This document shows, piece by piece, positions 54,440-64,000 of a stretch of DNA of 64,000 nt; positions within the stretch are counted from its first letter, which is position 1, and every line of letters begins with the position of its first letter. This DNA is from Eledone cirrhosa (lineage: Eukaryota): contig OZ024741.1 of the NCBI GenBank assembly GCA_964016885.1, positions 288,486,001 to 288,550,000 of the forward strand, in the 5' to 3' direction. Under the pieces are notes generated by a model. It had not been told where the DNA came from and did no database searches. It worked only from the letters and a program-made list of their open reading frames with translations. The translations under genes and the position numbers were made by a program.

Positions 54440-55330
54440 GATGTATGTATGTATGTATGTATGTATGTATGTATGTATGTATGTATGTATGTATGTATGC
54501 ATGCATGTATGTATGTATGTATGTATGTATGTATGTATGTATGCATGTATGTATGCATATATGAATGCATTTATGTATTTATTTATCTATGTATGTATGT
54601 ATGTATGTATGTATGTATGTATGTATGTATGTATGTATGTATGTATGTATGTATGTATGTATGTATGTATGCATGTATGTATGCATATATGAATGCATTT
54701 ATGTATTTATTTATCTATGTATGTATGTATGTATGTATGTATGTATGTATGTATGTATGTATGTATGTATGTATGTATGTATGTATGTATGTATGTATGT
54801 ATGTATGCATGTATGTATGCATATATGAATGCATTTATGTATTTATTTATCTATGTATGTATGTATGTATGTATGTATGTATGTATGTATGTATGTATGT
54901 ATGTATGTATGTATGTATGTATGTATGTATGTATGTATGTATGTATGTATGTATATATGATTTATGTATGTATCGATGTATGTATGTACATATGTATGCA
55001 TGTGTGTATGTATACATGCATGTATACATGTATTTATGTATGTATGTATGTTTTTATGTATGTATGTATGTATGTATGTATGTATGTATGTATGTATGTA
55101 TGAATGTATGCATGTATGCATGTGTGTATGTATACATGTATGCATGTATGTATGTATGTATGTATGTATGTATGTATGTATGTATGTATGTATGTATGAA
55201 TGTATGCATGTATGCATGTGTGTATGTATACATGTATGTATGTATGTATGTATGTATGTATGTATGTGTGTATGTATGTATGTATGTATGTATGTATGTA
55301 TGTATGTATGTATGTATGTATGTATGTATG
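54440..55330. repeat. (TATG)n array with about 130-bp higher-order units
   Basis: Interruption gcatatatgaatgcatttatgtatttatttatcta recurs three times. Confidence 0.9.
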
Positions 55331-55457
55331 TGTACGCTTCTGTATATGTGGAGTGGTCCTGATCGCATTGGTAGGAGCATGGTGGTGGAAGTTACATCAG
55401 ACTTGGCGACGGTGGCAGCGGTATTAGTATGGTGATGATGTTGGTGATAGTGACGGC

Positions 55458-55516
<59 letters not shown>

Positions 55517-55564
55517 CAACAGCAACAGCAGCAACCTTAGTAGTGGTAGTAGTAGTAGTAGTAT

Positions 55565-55609
<45 letters not shown>

Positions 55610-55889
55610 CAACAGCAACAGCAGCAACCTTAGTAGTAGTAGTAGTAGTAGTAGTAGCAGCAGTAGTAGTATTAGCAATAGCAGCAGCAACAGTAGTAGT
55701 AGTAGCAGTAGTAGTAGGAGCAGCAGCAGCAGCAGCAAAAGTAGTAGTAGTAGTAGTATAGTAGTATTAGTAGAAGCAGCAACCATAGTAGTAGTAGTAT
55801 TAGTAGAAGTAGTAACAGCAGCAACAGCAATAGTAGTAGTAACAGTGGTAGTAGGAGCAGCAGCAGCAACAGTAGAAGTAGTAGTAGTA

Positions 55890-55967
<78 letters not shown>

Positions 55968-56025
55968 CAACAGCAACAGCAACCTTAGTAGTAGCAGTAG
56001 TAGTAGCAGCGACAGTAGCAGCAGC

Positions 56026-56087
<62 letters not shown>

Positions 56088-56108
56088 CAGCAGCAGTAGC
56101 AGTAGTAA
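55458..56108. repeat. (TAG)n/(CAG)n tract; (CCA)n-rich tract at 56515-56862
   Basis: Direct inspection. Confidence 0.9.
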
Positions 56109-57464
56109 TGAAACGATGCGATGCGAATGATAGCGGCGGTAACGTTGTTGTTGTTGGTGGTGGAGATGATTGTGGTGGAGGTTTGTTGTAGTGGTGGTGG
56201 TGACATTGGGTAGGATCGGTTGGTGAAGAAGTGTAGGTAGTAGATAAAGCCAGCTAGCTTAGCTAGCTGGCTACATGCAAAAGCTCGTAAAAGACGCTAT
56301 ATTGCAAATCAGCGAGCGAATAAAAGTGTCGTAAAGACGCATATTAAGGACGGATGGCTTGCCATAAACGCCATATCTAAATAGTTTTGCGATGCATTTC
56401 AATAGATCAAATCGTTTGCACATTTGCTTCAGCAATGATGACAAGTAACAGATTTCTCTCTCATCACTATACAACACATTATTCAGCCTTTGGAATATTG
56501 TCCCCCGCCCCCCTCCACCTACCACCACCGCCCGCCGCGTACCACCACCACCACCACCAACACCACCATCTCCACCACCACCACCACCACCACCACAACC
56601 GCCCACCATTTCCACCGCCACCACCACCACTGCCATCTCCACCATTACCACCACCACCACAACCACTGCCATCTCCACCGCCACCGCCCACCACCACCAC
56701 TACTGTCATCTCCACCACCGCCCACCATTTCCACCGCCACCACCACCACCACTGCCATCTCCACCGCCACCTCCGCCACCTCCACCACCACCACTCCATC
56801 TCCACCATCACCACCACCACCACCACCACCACCAGCACCACCACTGCCATCTCCCCCGCCATCTTCTATTAACCTCACACAGTTCGTTTGACAAATTGTA
56901 GTCTGTTCCTTAATCATTAGACATCTAGAATGAATGTTCCGATAAGTTCTTTTACAGCGATACCTTCTTTCTCATTTTTATTTATGATTTGTTGTTGCCG
57001 TTGTTATTGTAGCTGTTCTTGTTGTCTTTGTTTTTTTTTGTTCTTGTTGTTTTTCTCTTCTTTTTTTTTTTTTTACTGCTCTCATTTTATCTTATATTTC
57101 TGGTTATTGTTATTCTCATCTATGTTGTTGTTCTTGTTGATGATGATGATGTTAATGTTGGTGGCTATTGTTGTGGTTGTTATTGTTTAAAGTCGTGTGG
57201 TGGGGTATTGAAGGGCGGGGGGATGGTGATTTGAATGGTTCGTGTTATCGTGTTGATTGTGTTGTTGTTGGTGGTGGTGTGGGTGGTAGTTATGGTTGGG
57301 TGGATAATTGAGCTTGTGTAAGTGTACACACACACACACACACACAAACACACGTGTATATATATATATACACAAACGCACACATATATATATGTAGAAA
57401 CAACTATTTTAATATATGTATATATATATATATATATAGAAATATATATATATATATATATGTA

Positions 57465-57595
<131 letters not shown>

Positions 57596-57803
57596 TAAAA
57601 TAATTGTTTCTACATTTGGTACAAAGCCAGCAATTTGAAGGAAGGGGAAAGTCGATTAACTAGTACATTACTGGTATTTTATTATAATGATCCAGCAAGG
57701 ATGAACAGCAAAGCTAACCTCGGCGGGATTTGAACTCATATATACCGCAAAGCATCTTGCCCAACATTCTATCGATACTGAAATCCATCCCGATTTACAT
57801 ATA

Positions 57804-57852
<49 letters not shown>

Positions 57853-57924
57853 GACGTAAAATAAAAAATTATAAAAATTAACTTACTTATTAAAATTTCA
57901 CTCCAACTAATTAGTTTCTGAAAG

Positions 57925-57985
57925 GGAATAAACATGGTTTCCAAATGGAAAGCATGGAGAAGCCATTTCGTCATCAGGAAGTCGT
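57925..57985 (-). ncRNA. Degenerate hammerhead-like motif
   Basis: CUGAUGA-C.AAAUGG...CCAUUUG-GAAA-CCAUGUUU; stem I is not paired. Confidence 0.4.
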
Positions 57986-58191
57986 CCTTAGCTAAGATCC
58001 CAGGCGATGCGTGGACACAGGGGACTTATACAAAAATAATTCAGTGGATGGAAAAAAGCAAGCGTGGACTAAATTTCAAGACATTGAAAAAATCACTGCC
58101 TACTTGGTCGGTGGCAAATTCAAAAGAATCAATCACGTTACATCACGTGATATATATATACATATATATATATATACATATATATATATAC

Positions 58192-58268
<77 letters not shown>

Positions 58269-58356
58269 CATATATATATACATATATAAATAGCCGTCGA
58301 AACGGCTTGAGCTCTGCCGTCGGGGGTCATACTTTTTCCTATATATATATATATAT

Positions 58357-61300
58357 ACAACAATTTAGTAAAAACCAAAGGGCCTAACTTCACCCAGGCA
58401 GGAGATTTCCCCCACCTCAAAATGATTAAGGCCCCAGAGGACACATATAAAACGACTAAAAACAACTATAAAGAGACGTGCCCCCCCCTCCCCTGCGTCG
58501 GGCCCATTAACCGCGTCCTCCTTAAAAATTTCCTCTCCCCCTCCCCAAACACCCACACAACTCCAAAAACCCCAACCATACAACACACTGATGCCCCTAC
58601 ACTTCCACAAACCACCACCCCACCCAACAACCCATCCCCCACCCTCATGGAAATTGTGCAGCCCGATACCCGGGACGCAGAGAGGTAAGTGCCTTTTCTC
58701 TTCACCACCACTATGCTAAGAGTAGGCTGTCTAAATGCGCGTGGCCTGGGCTCAACTTGGGAGCAAGCAATGCTTCTAAATGACCTCGGGTCACAATGTA
58801 TAGATGCGATGGTTATTTGCGAGGCCCGGATCAGCAACGTGCGACAGCTGGCCCCCACCTTTGATGACTTTGAGATGCACGCATCTCTCTGTCAGCCCGG
58901 AGGTGGGGTTGGGGTTGTCGTTCTGCTGCAAAAACATCTGGGTCTCGCAACACAGACGGTACATTTGGATCCGGAGAGTCGACTAGTGGTTCTGGACCTT
59001 GGCAGTGGTGAAGGCGGATCGTTTAGGCTGGTAGCCGTCTACGGCTCTTTCGGGTCAACGCGGCCGGACTTCTTCAATCGTCTTGAGACTTTTCTAGGGA
59101 CGTCCCGCTCCTTGCTATTAGTGGCGGACTGGAATGGTATCCTAAATGCACGTTGGGACTACGTAGGGGCCTGTCCCGATAGAGAGGGGTGTAACAGCCT
59201 CAAAGGGTTAATCGGTCGATTTGACCTGGCCGATAGATATCGACTAGATTTTCCGACTGCGCCAACCTGGACTTGGGCAAACCGCAGCGGATCATCTAGG
59301 TCGTACCTAGATAGGTTCTTAGAAATATGGATAAGGACTTTTTAAGTTGTCCAAAAATGCTCATAGTTGGCTATTTAGACCATAAGTTAGTGACCTGCAT
59401 GGTCAACCTTGACAGAACGCATAGACAGGGACCCGGTTACTGGAAGCTCAACTTGTCCTTACCGGCAAGTAAGGCTTACAGGGACCGGATTAGCACTTTA
59501 GTTAAGGAGCGGTTGATGGGCGCCATCGTCAACAGCAGGTGGTGGGGATCTCTCAAAAGAGAGATTAGAGTAGTCTCTATAGAATTTAGTAAGGAGTTAG
59601 CCGCAAATAGAAATAGGAAGGAAAGGGTGTTGGTAGAGAGTGTAGAAGCGGCGACGTGGCCAGAGTGCTAGCGTCGAGAACGGCTTTGAGCCAGTTTTTC
59701 GACGCGAAGCACGAAGGCTGCGTTGTCCGAAGTAAAATACGTGCTCTAGGGAACGAGGGGACCAAAGCTGTTGGCTGGGCCCGCGTGACAGAGGCCAACA
59801 GTGGAACTAAATCCACCATCCGGTCTTTGCGAGACCTGGATGGACGGGCGATTCTTGAGCCTAAGCAGATGTGTGAGGCCTTTCAAAGGCACTTTGCCCG
59901 ACTGTTCGGGAGGGGCGGGGAGCCGGTTGGGAACGTGGACTTCGGTCCATACCTCGACGGCCTGCCGCGCCTCTCGGACAGGGAGGCGAAGTCCTGCGAG
60001 GAGCCGATTTCGGCCGCTGAGATAGAGGACGTGCTGAGCCAATGCGGCAAACGCAAATCCCCGGGTCTCGATGGTCTTCCATACAAACTATATCTAGCTA
60101 TGCCGGACTTGTTCCCCGGTCTCCTCGAGGCGGTCTACTGCAACTGGCAACAGAACGGGAGAATTCCCTGTGCTGTGACCAAGGGTGTAGTCACGCTAGT
60201 GAGGAAGGACGAGAACAAGGGGGAGGATATAAATAATTTCAGGCCCATAACTCTGCTAAATACAGAGTTACAGATTTTGGCCAAGGAGCTAGCAAAGAGG
60301 TTGGCGCTTGTCGTGGGCAACCTGGTGGGAGATGCGCAGACATGTGCTATCCCGTCCAGGTCCATCCACGACAACCTCCACCTCATGCGATACATCATAG
60401 AGAGGGTTGGGTACGAACCCGGCTTTGGTGGGGCCCTGATCAACTTGGATCAATCTAAGGCGTTCGATAGGGTCGACCATGGTTACCTGGATGCGGTGCT
60501 AGCGGCTGCAGGCTTCGGACCCATTTTCAGGGGCTGGATCACTGCCATGCACAGCAGCCGCATCTGCTCTAGGTGAACGGCTACCTCTCGGAGCCGTTCG
60601 AAATCACGCGGTCCATCCGACAAGGGTGCCCTCTCTCCTCCCTTCTGTATGTAATGACTCTAGAGCCACTGCTGCGGAAGTTGGATTTGTTGCAGGACAT
60701 CCCGATGGAACCGGGATTGCGGAAAGCGGTGTCGGCCTACGCCGATGACATAACAGTAATGGTGTCGACGGCCTCGGAAATCGGGGCGATCGGCACCTTA
60801 CTGGAGGAGTACGAAAGGTTTACAGGGGCTAAGCTGAACCGGGACAAGTCGATCGGTCTGCAACTCGGCGCGTGGAGGGGCAGATCGATGCCTTCCGATG
60901 GCGTCGTCGGACGCTGGACGGAGGGCCCGGTGAAGTTGCTCGGGGTCTGGTTCGGACCAGACCTCCAGGTGGAGAAGAACTGGGGTGAGGTAACGAACAG
61001 GGTGTTTGCACTGACCCAGAAGTGGGCCGAGTGCAAACTGTCCCTGAAAGGTCGGGCGGAGGTGGCGAACACTTATATAGCGTCCGTTATCTACTATCGC
61101 CTGACCGTCGTGCCTTGCCCAAGGGAAACGCTCTCCAAAATGGATCGCGCACTCTTCCAATTCCTTTGGAAGAAGCGGGCTCCTATGGTGAGGAGATCCA
61201 TCTGCTGTCAACACCCTTCGAAAGAAGGGCTGGGGATGCCGTGGCTGATGATGCGCAAACGCGCATTAAGGCTACGGCACCTCCAGATATTCCTCACCGG

Positions 61301-62389
61301 TGTGGGCCCCGTTGTGACCGAGCCTTTCCCAGACTCGTCTCGCTCACCGAGCTGCAATCCTAGGTCAAGCAAAGACCGAGAAAACTGGGCGCCTGGCACA
61401 CCGAGTGTGCCCAGGGGCTCACGGCTCTCTGGCAGGCAGACCCGGCTGTCAGTGAAGAATCCACCTCGTCATTCTATAGAGGGCTGGTGGTTAGCAGGTG
61501 CGACGACGCCCTCGGAGAAGCCCTAGACATGGAGGAAAACGAACTGGCCAACCTGTTCGGTAGGACATTCAGTCCGGGATTTATGGATAACTTCCCGAGG
61601 TCCCTGGCCTGGCAGTGCTACCGAGGGGCTCTGCCCGTTCGAGAAAGGCTCTTCAAACACGGGCGCCCGGGTAGGGACCCCTCGAAAAAGATCTGTCCCA
61701 GATGCGGGTGCGACGAGGAAACCGTTACACACGCATTGGTACACTGCTCGGGCATTGCCGATGTGTGGGGCTATGTCGAACGACTGCTGTCATGGGTGGG
61801 ACCGATCCGGTTGACCACAGAGTCTATTGTAACGATCAAGCCGCCTCCCCTCTTCAAAAACGAAGGAGAGGCGGTGTTTCTGTGCGTAATAGCCATGGCG
61901 AAAGAGGTTGTATGGTGGACGCGTCTGAAAGGCCTGAGGTCAGACACCTTTCTCTCTGGCCAACAACTGGTCCGTTTCTTCCGATATCATTTCGGAAGAA
62001 GGATCAGGATGGAGAGAGAGGTGCTGCACCCCAGCCGTTTTTATGAAAGATGGGTGAAAGTGGCGAGAATGGCCCGTGTGAACGGGCCTTCACTCTACAT
62101 CAGAATGTAGGTGAGAAAGATGAAAGATCAAGGGAGCACCCTCTCTCTGTGCTCCTGAGGAGAAGGGTTGCACACTTTTTCGGGGGGAGGGGGGGGGGGG
62201 GGTGCTACCCCCCAAGGTGCCTCTTCCCTATTGAGGATTTTGTTATTCAATTTATTTTTGTTATATTTTATATCTTATATTTTTATATTTTGTTATTGCC
62301 TCCTCGTTATTGAGGACACCTTTTTATGTAAACTCGCCCCATTGTACTTGTCCCACTCTTTGACGCCCTGGTGGCAAATAAAAAGAAAG

Positions 62390-62390
<1 letters not shown>
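58357..62390 (+). mobile_element. Tx1-like LINE copy 2, 5'-truncated in ORF1, ORF2 broken by several frameshifts
   Basis: ORF pieces at 58422-58688, 58713-59345, 59327-59671, 59656-60576, 60573-61526 and 61487-62110 align with copy 1. Confidence 0.93.
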
Positions 62391-62464
<74 letters not shown>

Positions 62465-62477
62465 ACTATATATCTAT
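62391..62477. repeat. (TATC)n tract joining LINE copies 2 and 3
   Basis: Direct inspection. Confidence 0.95.
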
Positions 62478-62479
62478 GT

Positions 62480-64000
62480 GTACACTTGGACCCGGAGGGT
62501 AGACTGGTAGTCCTAGACGTGAACAGTATTGGAGGTGGAGCCTTCAGACTGGTGGCCGTTTATGCCCCGACCGGGCAATCGCAATCACGGCCAGACTTCT
62601 TTAAGCGTCTAGAGTCTTTTCTGGGAACGTCTCGCTCCTTACTTTTAGTGGGGGACTGGAATGGTATCCTAGATGCACGATGGGACTATGTGGGAGCATG
62701 TCCCAGTAGAGTGGGGTGCAACAGCCTCAAAACTTTAATCGGCCAATTCCAACTGGCCGATAGGTATCGACTGGATTTCCCGACTGCACCACAGTGGACG
62801 TGGGCAAACCGTAGTGGGACATCTAGATCGTATTTAGATAGGTTCTTCATTAGAGAAAGGGAAAAGGAGATGTTAAGCTGTCCACGAATGCACATGGTTG
62901 CCTATTCAGATCACAAGTTAGTCGTTTGCTTAGTCAACCGTGACAGAATACATAGACAGGGACCCGGATATTGGAAGATGAACGTGTCGTTGCCAGCACG
63001 TAAAGCTTACAGTGAACGGATAAGTAGACTAGTCAAGCAACAGTTAACGGGAGCCATCGTCAACAATAGATGGTGGTACTCTCTCAAGAAAGCAATTAGA
63101 GTAGAATCGATATGGTATAGCAGAGAGTTAGCCTTAGAGAAAAACAGAATAGAAAGAGAACTAGTAGCCAAGGTAGAGGAGGCACTTAGAAGTGGCAACG
63201 CGGCTAGAGTGTTAGCGTCGAGAACGGCACTGGACCAGTTCGTCGATGCGAAACACGAAGGTTGCGTGGTCAGAAGCAAAACACGTGCTCTAGGAAACGA
63301 AAGAGCGAAAGCTGTCAGCTGGGCCCGAGTGGTGGAGGCAAAAAGTGGCAACAAGTCCACGATTCGGTCTTTGATAGACCAAAACGGACGCGTGCTACTT
63401 GACCCCAAGCAAATGTGCGCGGCCCTTCAGCGGCACTTTGCGCGACTGTTTGAGCAGAACGACGGTGAGCCGAACGGCGCAATGGACTTTAGTTCATACC
63501 TCGACGGCCTGCCGCGTCTCTCGAACACGGACGCCGAGTTCTGCGAAAAGCCGATCATGGACACTGAGATACGGGACGTTCTGGGCCGCTGCGGGAAACG
63601 CAAGTCACCCGGTCTAGATGGTCTACCCTACGAGTTTTACATAGGCATGCCGGACTTGTTCTCTGGCGTCCTCGAAGCCGTCAACTGCAATTGGCAGCAG
63701 AACGGGAGAATTCCCAGTTCTGCAGGCAAGGGCGTAGTAACGCTGATCAGAAAAGACGAGAACAAGAGGGACGAAATTAACAACTTCAGGCCCATAACTC
63801 TGCTCAACACAGAGTTAAAGATTTTGGCCAAGGTGCTAGCGACGAGGTTGGCGCTTGTCGTCGAGAACCTGGTAGGGAAAGCGCAAACTTGTGCAATCCC
63901 GATCAGGTCCATACACGACAACCTCCACCTCATGCGATACATCATAGAGAGGGTTGGTAGTAAACTCGGCTTCGGTGGGGCTCTGATCAACTTGGATCAG
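62480..64000 (+). mobile_element. Tx1-like LINE copy 3, 5'-truncated in the endonuclease; runs off the window
   Basis: VHLDPEGRLVVLDV...YAP...GDWN...SDH...KSPGLDG...LINLDQ. The first and last codons are in the same frame and I saw no stop. Confidence 0.92.

Overview
This is repeat-saturated eukaryotic non-coding DNA. The SINE repertoire and extreme (TA)n/(CA)n/(TATG)n density point to a cephalopod, probably Octopus (inference). I found no convincing host protein-coding gene, and nearly all listed ORFs are microsatellite read-throughs. The real coding remnants are transposon-derived. They comprise three Tx1/L1-clade LINE copies plus a 3' stub (one near full length at 36.6-42.35 kb), an internally deleted mariner, a Helitron Rep N-terminus, an R4/Dong-like REL-endonuclease fragment and two RTE 3' ends. 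Non-autonomous Helitrons, MITEs, many tRNA-type SINEs and a 5-kb AT-rich satellite with an internal inversion fill much of the rest. Three signals stand out. (1) About 20 complete or partial type-I hammerhead ribozyme motifs occur in several Penelope-like mini-element families, which sit in (TA)n tracts and form fold-back palindromes; one has tandem ribozymes 380 nt apart (retrozyme/circRNA-like). (2) In both LINE copies that span it, ORF2 is bracketed by a conserved AG|GTAAGT donor and a TAG|G acceptor at its own stop codon, so the whole EN-RT ORF looks like an intron. (3) That LINE family lacks poly(A) tails and is bounded by (TATC)n, suggesting microsatellite targeting. All calls were made by eye, without database searches or folding software.
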